The translations under genes and the position numbers were made by a program. From Callorhinchus milii (Eukaryota), in NCBI RefSeq assembly GCF_018977255.1, contig NW_024704751.1:14198001-14262000 (forward strand): a DNA stretch of 64,000 nt. Reading direction: 5' to 3'. The first letter of the stretch is position 1, and every line of letters begins with the position of its first letter. Under the pieces are notes generated by a model. It saw nothing but the letters and a program-made list of their open reading frames with translations, searched no databases and had not been told where the DNA came from. Of the stretch, positions 1-12,855 are shown one piece after another.

Positions 1-654
1 ATTTTGTGGGCTAAGGCGGGAGCCAATTGCACATAGACAGTCGTGGATTGAGTGACCCTATTATTATTTTTATTTAATTAAGTAAATATTTCCCAGACAT
101 GCTGTCAATGTTTTTCTCTGCCTGTAATAATAATAATAATAATAATAATAATAGAAAGGGGATAATTAAATGAAAGGAGTTGATCAGTTTGTGGTGGGAC
201 AGAATTGGATGGGTAAAGGCTATATAATATAATATAATATATATAACGTGTATTTTTTTAAAAATTATGGTGATTGACAATTCAAAGAACACCACTTGTG
301 GATGGATGTTGCAACACACCAGCAAATCCCGTGATCCTGCCCTCCAAACCAAAAGTAGGTGTGTGTTAACAGTGACGAGTTGGGTCTAAGTCTGGAAAGA
401 AGGAAAGCGTTTGACACTAGTCCCAACAGACTAAAAAAAAACGTTTCTCTTTACAATTAACACATCAGATCTCGATTTGTGATCAGGTTTTTTTTTCTTT
501 TTGTCTCTCTCTCTCTTTCCTTTCTTTCCTTGGCAATTCTCAGTAACTTGCAGCAAACTCGTTTAAGCTTAAAAAGTTGTGTGCTTCCCTTTCTCTTTCT
601 CGCTCTCGCTCTCGCTCTCTTGTCACAGGTAAGAAGATCTCACTCAGTTAAACC

Positions 655-3600
655 ATGTCAGTGAGTCAGGTTTCGACTGTGGACAGAGTGGAGGCTTCAC
701 CAAAGAGCAACAAACCAGACAACACAGCTTTCACCCAGCAAAGGCTCCCGGCTTGGCAGCCCATTCTGTCGGCAGGTTATGTCCTCCCTCTGTTCATCGT
801 GTTTGGGTTGATATTTATTGGGATCGGACTCGGGTTACACTTCACTTCCAACAGCATCATGGAAAAACAGGTGAGTGAGTGACTAGTTATCTACCTGCCT
901 GCATATCTACCTTCCTACCTACCTACCTGCTCCTTCCCCTATCACTTACTTCCTGGTTCTTTGTAGCTAGATTATTTGTCTTTTCCCCCTCCCCCCACCT
1001 TCTCTTTGGAGCTAGGAGCTAATATTTAGGGTTTTTAACTAAATTTAGGGTTTTTAACTAAAGTTCTGGGTATTGCATCCACTTTTAGTCAGTTTCACGC
1101 GTTCCCGCAGTGACAAATTGGTCTTAAAGTTGCAGGATTTTTTTGTTTGTTTGTTTGTTTGTTTCCCCATTAAAAATGTCAGTGGCAAAGAGAACAAATC
1201 CTCACCTCCAAGGTTATCGGTCGTTATGGAGTCTGTATTGACCCGAAAGTAAAAGCAAACTATCCCAATGTTCCCAGATGCAGAGATGCAGAGTTGGGGT
1301 GTAATTTAATCCTCAGGCTGAAACCTTTTACATCCATTCCTACCATTTATTTGCTTAATCTTCAGTGGAGGCCAACCTTTTTGGTCAGGCGAGAAAATAA
1401 ATGTTCTTGATTTATGGCCACGGCATAAACATTGCCACTCAGTCCTGTAGCTCAGTGGTTAGAGCACTCGCCTTGCATGCGAGACACCTGGGCTCAATTC
1501 CAGGCAGGTCAGGGCGAAACCTTGGGCAAGTTTCCTTACTCCACACGCCTAATAATAATAATCCCTCCAAAAAACAAAACAATAATAAATTGGTCATTTC
1601 AATCCACGACTGTTTGTGGGACTGCTGTGCACAATTGGCTGCTGTGTTTTGCCCACAAATACACAGTCAATTCACTTTACAGCATATTCTGTGAAGCTCT
1701 TTGAGACGTCGAGACGACGTGAAAAGCGCTATATCAAATGCAAGGATTATTACTGTTATCACTGTAAAATAAATTGACTGTATATTTGTGGGCGAAATAA
1801 GATATCGCGCCTTATTGTGTCATTGAGATGTCTCAAAGCGCTTAACGGAATATAGTGTAAAGCAAATTAGTTGACTGTGTATTTTATGGGCGAAACGCGG
1901 CAGCTATTTGTGCACAGCAGTTTCCCACAAACAGTCATTGATTGAGTGACCCATTTTTTGGAGGGATTATTAGCTCCTGGAAGCGATCCGCAATCGACTA
2001 ACAACCAGGTTCTTACTTACTGCTGGGCAAACAGAGGTGCGTGGAGTAAGGAAACTTGTCTAAGGTTTTGCACTGTCGGGCAATTGAACCCAGGTCCTCT
2101 CGCTTGCGAGGCGAGCGTGCTAACCACTATGCTATGGAACTCCTCAAGTGTTAAGCATTAAGCGTCTGGTGCAAATGATATGATGACCCAGGAATTGTAA
2201 GGTGTAACCAAAAGTTTGCACTTTTCTGTTTTCTCCTAGATCGATTATACAGGTGACACAAGCGAGCATGCTTGCTACAATTGCAGTATGAATGCAAATA
2301 AGAACTGCAAATGCACAATAAGATTCACGGTGACCCAGATGATGAAGGTAATTAACTGAAGTCCATTCATATCTGAATAAGTAACTGCTCTTTGACTTCC
2401 AGATTTTAAAAAAATAATAAACTTTGCAGTTGATGTCGCACATTTAATGTGGGAAGGACATGTCAAAGCGCTTCACCGGACATAGCTGTAGGCGAACACG
2501 GCAGCTGATTTACACACATCTTACAAACAGACACAAAATGAATGACCAACTTTATCGGGGGGTTGTTGGGTGGGGCACTGGGAGAAACTCCCTTTTTTCG
2601 AGTAGTGCCATGGTATCCTCAACGCCCACCTGTACAGAATAACATCTCAACAACCACAACCTGTATCTACATAGTGCAGGGGCAGTGTCAGATGATGAGC
2701 AGTGAGAGTGGAGGTGAGAGGTGAGAGTATTGGTGAAAGAGGTGACCTCATCTGAAGGACCTCACTTCCGACAATGTAGTACAGAGGAACTGTCTGGTGG
2801 AGTGGCCAATAGACCTGACCATATGTCTGAGTACTTAACTGCGCAGCAGGACTAATGCTTTGTTAGTCAGAATGTAATGAGAATGGAAACCCTCTGCTTA
2901 AAGTTCTAACTTGTCGTCATCATCAAACCAGGCACCATCAATGTTCACTCACAGAGAATACTGTGTTTCTCTCTAGGGGCCCATCTTCATGTACTACGGA
3001 TTATCGAATTTCTTTCAAAATAATCGGAAGTACGTAATCTCCCGGGACGATATCCAACTTTTCGGTGATTTAGATAATTTCCAGGTAATGTCTTTCAAGG
3101 AACGGTAAAGCTCCAAACAGTTCAAACCGTGGAAATAAATGACTTCCTTCATCTCTGCTTCTCTGTTTTCTCAGAACCCTTCCAATTACTGTTTTCCATT
3201 TGTCCGAGACAGTCAGAAACGCCCAATTGTTCCATGTGGAGCCATTGCAAACAGCCTTTTCAATGGTGAGTTAATGAGTATTGTGTATCAACGGAGAGTT
3301 CATGTTTGTTCACTTTACAGTATACTCTGTGAAGCATCACTCGACTTGAAAATAATTACTGCAAAGCATTTTGAGGCGTTTCAATATAGTAAGGCACAAT
3401 ACAGTAAAACAGTAAGTATAAATCGTTGCATCACATATCTTTACCCTGAATGTTTTCTTCCAGACTCCTTCACCCTATATAAAGTCGGGAATGACAACAA
3501 TCGCTCTCAAGTTGTCCTGAAGAGCAAAGGAATTTCTTGGTGGACGGATTACAACGTCAAATTCAAGAACCCGGTTACAACCAACAATAACAGCGTTCTG

Positions 3601-5506
3601 CAGGCAGCATTTGATGGTAAGTTTCATTTGCTTATATGTTAAGTGGATCAAGATCCTCAACGTGACCTACAAAGCCCACTCTTCACCCATACAAATACTC
3701 CCACCCACCGACCCACCTCATAATGGCAACTCCAGCAGTCACCCCCCAAAGCATACTCTGGGATCCCCATGTTTTGGCTCTTGCCAACCTGCACCTAATA
3801 CTCTCGGGAAATAGGTAAGCAGGGTGTGTCCCTCCAGAGGGAGAGTGAGCATTCCATTCTAGACACTTGCAAAATTTCCATATGTATGTGGCATGCACGC
3901 AATAATCTATCTGGATAATAACAACAACAAGAAATTGCATTCATATCGCGCCAATCACGTCGGGAGGACATCCCAAGGCATTGGACAATGTGGGTTGGGA
4001 TCAGAGAGGGGTGGAGTGCAAGTGGGAGGGGGTGGAGGAGGGAAGATGACAGATTGCACGGTCAAAAAGGAAGGTCTTGAGACACACCAATGGGTTTCTC
4101 CATGTGTTGGACACCCAGCCGAGCAAAACCCAAAATGTTTGTTTGAGTGTGGTGCTCATCTCGGCTTATTTCGCCCACAGGGTATACAGTCAATTCACTT
4201 TACAATATATTCTGTGAAGCACTTTGAGACATCTCAAAGACGTGATAAGGTGCTGTATCAAATGCAAGGATATGATTATTATTATTTCTGCGGTCAGCTC
4301 GTTCCAAGGCCAATTCGATCAATTATCTCGATTCAATTCTAGGAACCGTCAAACCTTTGAACTGGCTTCGACCTGCCTACGAACTAGACACGAATCCCCA
4401 AAACAACGGCTTCCAAAACGAAGACTTCATTGTGTGGATGCGGATCGCGGCTTTGCCCACGTTTCGCAAACTCTACCGGCGAATCGATGAGGGACTGACC
4501 GTTGGGAAATACGACCTGGAGATAGCGTACAGTATCCTTGGAGACAGTGTAAACATAGAGGGGGTTGAGAGAGGGAGAGGGAGGGAGAGCTAAGATAACA
4601 GACCGAATCATATTGAAATGTTTCCTCCATCTCAATTATGATCGAACCGAGCTCATTTGCTAAAGTAGCTCAGGTTACTCTGCGTCCCATGACTGTGTTT
4701 GTTTGGAAGTCTCAAATGGAGTGGTTTCCAAACAGCATTCCTCCATAAGGAAATGTAGGGGGGGGGGGGGTGTGCGTGCGGAGGGAAGGGGAGAAGATAG
4801 ATTATGTCCTATAATCAGGGAGAGGTCCCTCATGCTGTCCCAGTGTGTCACGGGAACCCTGCACCGGAAACAGCTCACGAGATACAGAGAGAGAGAGAGA
4901 CGGCGGGACACAATACTACAATACTATGCATTTCCAGTTACTATATTGAGTTCAGCTAGGAACGTTGCATTTTACACCATGTTATTAAAGAGCAGGGTTT
5001 TGCCACTACACAGTGGGCCGTCCCCGGCCACTTTCAAAGAGTCACAGTGGGACCGCAGCCCAATTGGATTCACACCCCGCTGTGTAGGCGTCTGCAGGGA
5101 AACTGAGTCTCCTCCAGGTGTGGGGCAGGAGCAGGGATCCATTGTGACCCTTCTTAGCTCAACCCTGACAGCACTGTGGGATTCTCACGGTGACGTTTCA
5201 CCACGAGGTGAGCGAGTGCCTTGTACCGTACGGAAGGCTTGAAATGTCAGATGGATCCATCAGGTCTGTAAAGACATCCTAACAGCAAAAAACTTTGGCC
5301 TTGACCCATTGTATCCAGATTATCCGGTGCTGAGCTTCGACGGACGGAAGCACATAACGTTCAGCACGATATCCTGGATGGGCGGCAAGAACTCATTCTT
5401 GGGCATTGCTTACCTGGTGTGTGGGTCCCTCTGTGTTGTGACTGGCATTGTGCTGCTTATCGTCTATATCAAATACCAAAAACAGCACCACGGCTCTGCT
5501 GAATAG
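655..5506 (+). CDS. TMEM30B: CDC50/TMEM30 family P4-ATPase (flippase) beta subunit, TMEM30B-like, 350 aa, 7 coding exons
   Basis: Exons 655-870, 2240-2347, 2977-3084, 3175-3265, 3464-3616, 4343-4531, 5319-5506; all GT-AG, phases join into a 1053-nt ORF. CDC50 motifs [94 protein letters not shown]; two TM helices. Residues TQQ, QNN, WTDY and C-terminal VYIKYQ resemble TMEM30B more than TMEM30A (recalled sequences). Family call is firm; the paralogue label is less so. Confidence 0.9.
1441..1752 (+). mobile_element. tRNA-derived SINE, short subfamily
   Basis: Head AGTCCTGTAGCTCAGTGGTTAGAGCACTCGCCTTGCA... with box A/B-like motifs; body GTGGGACTGCTGTGCACAATTGGCTGC; tail AAGCGCTATATCAAATGCAAGGATTATT. 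Related copies occur throughout the window. Confidence 0.85.
1800..2142 (-). mobile_element. tRNA-derived SINE, long subfamily (inverted relative to 1441-1752)
   Basis: Reverse complement of the same head, body and tail, plus the internal CAGCAGTAAGTAxGAACCxGGTTGTTAGTCGATTG segment. Confidence 0.85.
4532..5318 (+). other. U12-type (minor spliceosome) GT-AG intron, last intron of the TMEM30 gene
   Basis: 5' end GTATCCTTG at 4532 matches the U12 consensus RTATCCTT. Branch point CCTTGAC at 5299-5305 lies about 13 nt before the AG at 5317-5318, with no polypyrimidine tract. Splicing restores the frame AY-NYP. Confidence 0.9.
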
Positions 5507-6312
5507 CGAGCTGCACAACGGCACCCAAATCGTTCTGCGATTAGTTCTACCTGTTGGACAGAAATAGCGAATTATCATGGAATGGTTATTAGAAATTAAC
5601 TCCTTATATGAAGCGTTTAAATTTTACTTCATCTTTTTGGGAATGAGAAGAGTGTCAGGTCTCTTTAATTTACCCGTCGCATATTTCCCAGTTGTGAACT
5701 CTGTATTGATTTAATTACATTATGAAAAAGGTGCTTCGAAACACATCCCAAATGACTGTGTCTTCTTGCAAATGTTAGTTAGTTACTTGAAAATGTTTAC
5801 AGCGATTGTTTTGCTCAGCAAATGTAGTCGGGTGCATTAACAAATTAGGGCTTGTGAAGGACCCTCTGGGTACACAGAGGCTGGAGCCAGAAGAGGTAAT
5901 AATGTTCCAGGAGTAAGACTGAGCACAATCACTAGTACTCGGTGGTGGAGGCGGGAGAATAATTCAGATCACTATCATTGATCTTATTGATCAATTATTA
6001 TTATTGCGTTTTGCCCACAAAATGCAGTCAATTCACTTTACAGTCTATTTTGTGAAGCGCTTTGAGGCATCTCAATGATGCGATAAGGCTCTATATTAAA
6101 TGCAAGGATTATTATTACTATTACTATCTTACTTTTTTTAAACTCCTAAAAGTTTCCGTTACTTTTTCAAACAGGGTTTCTTTACGGTCCAGGCTTTCTG
6201 CACCCATCACTTCAATGTTTATTTCACCCTTGAATAAGATTTTGCGGATTGTAACAAAACGTCTTGAATTGGCAAAGCCGTTGGCTATGCGTGGAGCCTG
6301 AGCTGCACGCTT

Positions 6313-6422
6313 TGGGTGGGGGTGTGAGGGGGTGGGGGTGTGAGGGGGGGTTGGGGGTGTGAGGGGGTGGGGTGTGAGGGGGTGGGGGTGTGAGGGGGTG
6401 GGGGTGTGAGGGGGTGGAGGGA
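6313..6422. repeat. G-rich simple repeat (GGGGTGTGAGGGGGTG)n
   Basis: Directly visible tandem units. Confidence 0.85.
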
Positions 6423-9138
6423 GCCTGGTCCAATCTTAATTGGGATCTAGGACACATTTAGACAAGAGCTAATGGAAAAGTGAATTTCGGAATTTCCGCA
6501 ATCTGGGATCATCTTAAATTTGGGGGCAGAATGGTGTCACAGGCTAAGACTAGGTGGAATTTCAGGCCTCGGGAGCTGGGAACTCAACTGCTGGCTCGGC
6601 CCAGGGATAATATAGGGTCAATTATCATAGCACCGAGCTCCTACCTTCAGCTGAGAACAATCAACTCAACACAAATATTTTCCTAATCTCTCCCTTCGTT
6701 TTTATTCGATGTTGATCGGGACTCCAATGACACTGATCGAACGGGAATGAATGTGCGGGAGGAACGGTCTATCTGGAGGGTCCCAGAGTAAAACAGTAAA
6801 TAAATACAAAATACACACGCTTTCTCTCTCTCTCTCTCGTACTCATAATCCCTCAATTCCTTTGCCGATTAACTACACCAATTCCCTCTTGTCACCCCGG
6901 GTAACCCATTTGTACAGTCATCACTCAGTATTTCCCTTCAAGTCACTCAAACCCCTTCCCATTTTGCTAAAATACAGGAAGAGCTATGTTCATCTGAACA
7001 AGAGGAGAGAGTTTCTATGAAAATTTAATCAGCTATGGCAGCAGCCTGGTATCAAATTGCCTACTCGTAACTCCTTTTTGGCAGGCAGGTGGGAACAGAT
7101 CAAATGTGCGACAGCACTGTGACTGCAGACAGAACTTGCACCCTTCCACTGCCATTTAGACAGGAGGTAACTTACTGTGAGAGAGGAACAGGCTCCAGTG
7201 ATCTGACAGTTTTATTGCAAGATCATTTCTCCATTGCGGACAATTACCAGTTTGCAATTGCGAAGCCTATATTTCAGCTTGCGCACCTGACACTGACTGA
7301 GCCGCTATTTCAGCTTCTGCTTGTATCAAGTTTTTCCAAGCTTGAGAAAAGCAGGACTTTGAACTAAAAAAAAACAATAATTTGGTCACTCAATCCACCA
7401 CTGTTTGTGGGACACTGCTGTGCGCAATTGGCTGCTGCTTTTCGCTCACTGGAACTGGAAAGTAGAGCGTCCGATTAACAACCCCAATTATTACTAAATC
7501 CTGTTGGTGAAAGACAAGCCACTGCCCCACCTCACACACACACACACACGTGTGCAAGATGTTGCTTTGTAACATAATAGTAAGAAAATGTCTCCCGCGT
7601 ATATTTTTGTATTGCTAATAATGATAACCCTTGCATTTGACATAGCGTCTTGTCACATCGTCGAGACATCTCAACGCACTGCCCCGAAGATACTGTAAAG
7701 TGAATTGACTGCGGATTTTGTGGGTGAAACGCTGCAGCCAATTGCGCCCAGCAGCGTCCCGCAAACAGTCGTGGATTGAGACCGATTCAAACCCAAGACC
7801 GATTCAATGGTGGGTTGAAAAACGATCAAAGAGGCCCCAATGTCCAGCTAAAAACAGGGGGGTCAAATAGGTGGGCCTTCTTCCTGAGTAGCTGAATAAG
7901 AGGGGTGGGGGGGGGGGTTGTGGGTGAGGGTCATGAGAAAGTTGCCGTGACCACACACCGCCCATTGTGACGCCACAAACCGAGCGATCTCTCAGCTGCT
8001 CCTTCTCAACAATCACAGCAAAAAATCTGGCGCACGAAATCGGTCTCCAGCCGCGGGGATCGCTGGAGACGTCGTACAGGATTTCTTTTGTCAATCTATC
8101 GGTAAGAACGGGAGTTTTACCCCCCCCCCCCCACTACCACCACCACCACCACCTCTGGAAGCCATCCGCGCACGTTCCCTCTCCCTCCTCGGTTGAGGGA
8201 ATGGTTGTCCTGCTCGGGAAAGCCGTCCGTCCGTGTCCGTCTGTCCGTCTGTTCATTGTGACATCAGCAGTCTGCAGAAGAACGAGTTCACGTTACGCTC
8301 CAACCCGGCCCCGAGCCTTGGCTTCAACCCATCGATTAACCCCAAAAATACTAAGTTGACGAATAAACTTAATCACGGGTGCAGGGAGGGAGGTTTCTCT
8401 GAACGTTTTCTGTCCTTGTACAACGCAATGCGATACAAAATGACATGCATGCAGCGCCCTTCGCGACGGGAGGACGTCCCAAGGCGCTGGATAGTCAGGG
8501 ATCAGGACCCTAACTGTAACACACCCGTTAGGTACAGAGCTGCAGAGAGCTGGGAGGGAGCAACGAGGTTGGAGGTTAATTCAAACTCGTGTGGAATAAG
8601 CCTATTACTTAGTCTGAGGCTATTTCTGAAACAACGCAGTGATGGCGTCAGGAGGGATTCATCCTTTGGAGGGATGAAAGAGGCTGAAATTTTCTGTTAG
8701 GAGGGAGAGACTCAAATGTACTGCACAGGCTCGTTAGGCAAGTTATCGTGTGTGCACTCTGCACTCATTCCATGTTCACATTCATCACACGAACATCCCC
8801 AACTTCCAAACTAACCCAAGGGTTTCTTAATTCACGTCTGAATTTCACCGCTGACGACTCAGCACTTTGTTGAGAAGCTTTCAAGAGCGGATGAGGGTGG
8901 CGGTGGGGTGAGGGGCTTCAAAGAAGTCAGGTGTATTGCAAATAACACAACAAAGATGATCGAGCATTACACAGCCATGAAACACCATTAAAAAATAAAT
9001 TTGCAGAACTGCAGTCAGATAGAATTGAAAGGATCCACAGAAGTGATACAGGAGATTTTATACAGAATTCTTTCAAAAAACAATGTATATTCTCTTCTCC
9101 CCTTAAGAGTTCTTTGTGAAAGCTCTCGAGCCTAGGCC

Positions 9139-10296
9139 ATGTTTGATATAGAAATGTTACAGGACGACTCCAGTGTGAGGATGAACACATCCTCGCCCCC
9201 GTCGCCTCTCATGGCCATCGGGCAGATTATACTCGACCTCATTCTGTTCCTCTGCTTGTCTGTCCTCATCGTCAACATCATTAACTTCATCACCAAGCGG
9301 GTGGAACCCCCCACGGCCAAGGTCAGTGTCTCTCTCTCTCTTTAGAAAATGTTGTTAAACACTCAATTTCCTTTCAGGGGCTCTCTTGCTGACTCTTTAG
9401 AACTAAAAAAAAAATTCCTATCTTTGCCCCCCCCTCCCACCACCCCCCCCGCCACCTCACCCCCCCCCACCCTTTGCAAACGCGTGTTTTTAAAACGTTA
9501 CTTATTTCGATTGGGATACAAAATGAAATCGATCGCTCCTCCCTCACTCCACGGTCGTTTCTGGGACGTTACTGTGCGCAATTGGCTGCCGTGTTTAGCC
9601 CACAGTAATAGACGGTCAATCCACTTTTAACGTATATCCTGTGAAGCGCTTTAAGAAGTCTCAACAGCACAATAAGACGCTATATTAAATGTAAGGATTG
9701 TTATTATATTATTATATAACTTGTCCCCTCCAAGGGAAAAGGACTTAGTGACAAGTTATCAGCAGAGGCGGGTTAGGCATATGTACAGCAAAACAAATTA
9801 CATTTGTAAATCGCCTTCCACGTCAGGCGGAGAATTTATATGAAGTATAAATATGTAGGTGCATGTATAAATACATCGATAAATGCAGCTGGGATATTGA
9901 CAGTGTGATGACTTAAGTGGCAGAGACAGGGATGAGTTATCGGGAGTTTACTGTGTGTAAAAAAAAAATTGCTGTAGAATCAAGAACCAAATTATTAATG
10001 ACCTTTTGCCATTTTCAATTCAGGAAAAACATTGCAATCTTTCCCCTCTAACAGCTGATGAAACAAGGCGGCTACATTACGGCATTAACATCCAGAAGGT
10101 TTTGCTGAAAAAGATGCAGCTCGTGGAGCTAAAGATCGGGTTGCTGAAAGCCATTCTGAACTCCCTGAAGAAGAAAAGAAAACTAAAGACGTCTCGCAAA
10201 CACAAAATGTGCAGCTGCTCTTATTGCATCGCCAATACCTTCGGCTCCGAAATTAACTGCGCTGAACAGACAGATGCACTGCTGGAGGATATGTAA
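9139..10296 (+). CDS. TMCO2-like transmembrane/coiled-coil protein, paralogue A (151 aa, 2 exons)
   Basis: GCCATG at 9139; exon 1 9139-9321 (TM segment IGQIILDLILFLCLSVLIVNIINFI, donor AAG|GTCAGT). Exon 2 10024-10296 (acceptor TTTTCAATTCAG, phase 0) encodes GINIQKVLLKKMQLVELKIGLLKAIL...CSCSYC. AATAAA at 10311-10316. Confidence 0.75.
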
Positions 10297-10391
10297 CGCT
10301 AAATATCTAAAATAAATAACTTTAATTTCAATATACTGAATTGCTGTGTGTCCTGGTACCTTAAACCCTAACGGATACTACGAGATTGTGG

Positions 10392-10712
10392 AGTCCTGTA
10401 GTGTAGTGAGAGGACCCGGGTTTGATTCCCGGACAGGGCGAAAACTTAGGCAAGTTTCCTTACTCCGAATGCCTGTTCACCCAGCAGTAAGTAGGAACCC
10501 GGTTGTTAGTTGATTTGTGGATAGCTGTAATGTAATAATCCCACCCACACCCAAAAAAAAAAAGTGGTCACTCAATCGAAGACTGCTTGGGTGCGACTGG
10601 CTGCCACATTTTGCTCACAAAATACAGTCAATCCACAATATATTCTGTGAAGCACTTTGAGATGTCTCAACAATTTAATTACGGCGCTATATCTAATGCA
10701 AGGATTCTTCTT
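10392..10712 (+). mobile_element. tRNA-derived SINE, long subfamily
   Basis: Head AGTCCTGTAG...GGTTTGATTCCC, internal CAGCAGTAAGTAGGAACCCGG, common tail. Confidence 0.8.
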
Positions 10713-12855
10713 ATTAAAGAGGTCACACCAATCCCCTTTGTAAATTGCAATTCTCCAAATAATCCTCACATGACAGGTTACTGTACATAGTGTGTGCTAT
10801 AATACTAGTCTGACCCACACCCCAGTCTGCTTCTCTGGATTTGAAGGAACTTGACCATCCCAGTCGACTTTGCATGGTTCATAAAATAAGGGGTTTACTG
10901 TTTGCATATGCTGAGGGGTCAGAGCAATGGGTAAAACATTACGTGGAAGCACTAAGCTCAGGGTAACCTGCTCTGTTAAGCAGATGTAGGCACCGTCCTA
11001 TTTGCCTTACAATTTAATGGCTACAACGTGCACAGCAGCTTCAGAAAGACGGGTTATAAAACCACAGCAATAAAAACGCTCCATAAGCACTAGCAATGTC
11101 AAAACCGACCCATCGTCCAGCTCTGAAGGATGACACACGTTAGGGGGGGGGCAGTATTGGTGGAGTGGATGGGAGGTGGAGAAAAATACAGCCATTTATT
11201 ACAATATATTCTGTGAAGCGCTTTGAGACGCCGAGAAGACGTAGTAAGGCGCTATATGAAATGCAAAGATTAGTGTTAGGGTTAGTGTCAACTGTGCGCT
11301 TTCATCAATTCACCTTTATAAACTACAATACTCCAAATAATCCAGCAAAGGAAAACAGGAATGGATGGATGGATGCAATTCAGCCCATCAGACCTGTTTC
11401 AGCCGTTTAGCAGATCCTGACAGATCTCTTCAACCCCCCCCCACAAAGTCCCGCCATTTCACTGTATTTCAGCGACTTGGGGGTCCTCTCAACGTGAAAT
11501 GCTCTGTACAAATGTAATTTGTTGTTGTGGTACTCTTAGCAACACATATTGAACGCAGACTGGGACACCAATTGTCAGGATTAAAGGTACAAATTCATAC
11601 ACAGAAAACAGCAAAGGCTTTTGTGTTCCTCAAACTCCACCCATTCAGGCCATTTATTTCACACTTGTAATATTTTTGCAGTTTGGTAGGTTTTTTTTAA
11701 ATAAACAGAGGAAGATGAACTGGGATACGTCCTCGGCTTATCAGAATGTGCACGTTCATTTAAATCCACAAAATTCATCTGAAATTTTTTTCTTCTTTTT
11801 TTTACAAAGACAAACTCAAAAAAAAGTAATACACGTTACATCACAGGCACTAAATAAAGGTGTGTTTATCACAATGCTGATTTAAGGTATAACCTGGCTT
11901 TCCTTCTCGTCTTTTTTGGTAAAAAATATAAAGTGAATTGACTTTGTGTTTTTGATTTGCAAGCGGCATTTAAACAAACAAAAGGTTGAGAGTTTTTCTC
12001 TCCGAGAAAGAAGAATCCAGGCTCAAAGCAGAATTGAAGTGGATGACAAAATGCACTCACGCTATCTATTTGCATAAAATGAGGGCAGCAGAACCATTTT
12101 CGAAGCTTAAGGTAATTTGCTAAAAATTTCCAGGTGCCAGATTTCAAACAAAAAAAAACTTAGGATTGTAGTAACTAGTGTAAAACTTGGAGTTACGGAT
12201 ATGTTTCGTTGCTCACTTCGACTTATCTGTTGATGGGACAGCTTCAAAAAACTTAAAGGGACTTAGTTACGTCTGTGTCAGAGAGAGAGAGAGAGAGAGA
12301 AAGACTGGGGTGGGAACAAAGTCAAGGAACGCAGCACAGTTGCAAGTGATAGCATAGCAAAAAAGACAAGCTATGAAATTAAAATTGACTCGTGATTTAC
12401 CGCTAATTCTAACACAACATACTACAGGCACAAAGCAGTTTCCGAGGAATCTTTTCAGGTGTCATTGCCACACTGAGGCGAGCTGGATGTAGGGAAGCAC
12501 TCCTTCTCTGTGGCTGACGGCATATGTTACTGTCAGTCTGTATTACCGAGCCTGGCAGGTGGGTTTGTAAATAGGTCTGGGCGACTTCAAGTGCTATTGC
12601 ATTCTTAACACAACAACACAGCAACTTCAAGTATGATAACAGTCCTCCACTGCTCAAACACAAGTTGGTCCACTCCCTGGTAACACAAGCTAAATGCATT
12701 CAGATCATCACGCAATGCCCATCAATATCACTCTCTTGATGCGAGTTTGCATCCTCAATGGAATGAGAAATTAAAATTAATCAAAAAAAAAAGTCAGATT
12801 TCCTCCCGAGGCCAGAGAAACCGTTTCCTGCTCTCGTTTTACTTTAAATATATTA

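Noticed and set aside
1023-1061. Short tandem duplications (19 bp here; 14 bp near 49045-49075 and 53921-53948)
   Set aside because: Ordinary slippage duplications in introns with no sign of function.
1441-1510. tRNA-like sequences (also about 20820-20891 and 24265-24335)
   Set aside because: They are SINE heads continuing directly into SINE bodies, with no intact cloverleaf or Pol III terminator.
1401-1704. Recurring peptides such as [16 protein letters not shown] and [16 protein letters not shown] in many short ORFs
   Set aside because: Translations of the same SINE tail, not a protein family.
6644-6772. Minus-strand segment with acceptor- and donor-like ends
   Set aside because: Stops in all three frames, so it is excluded from the hypothetical coding model.
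8043-8070. 9-bp stem hairpin GTCTCCAGC/GCTGGAGAC
   Set aside because: Short enough to occur by chance in 64 kb; no RNA-gene context.
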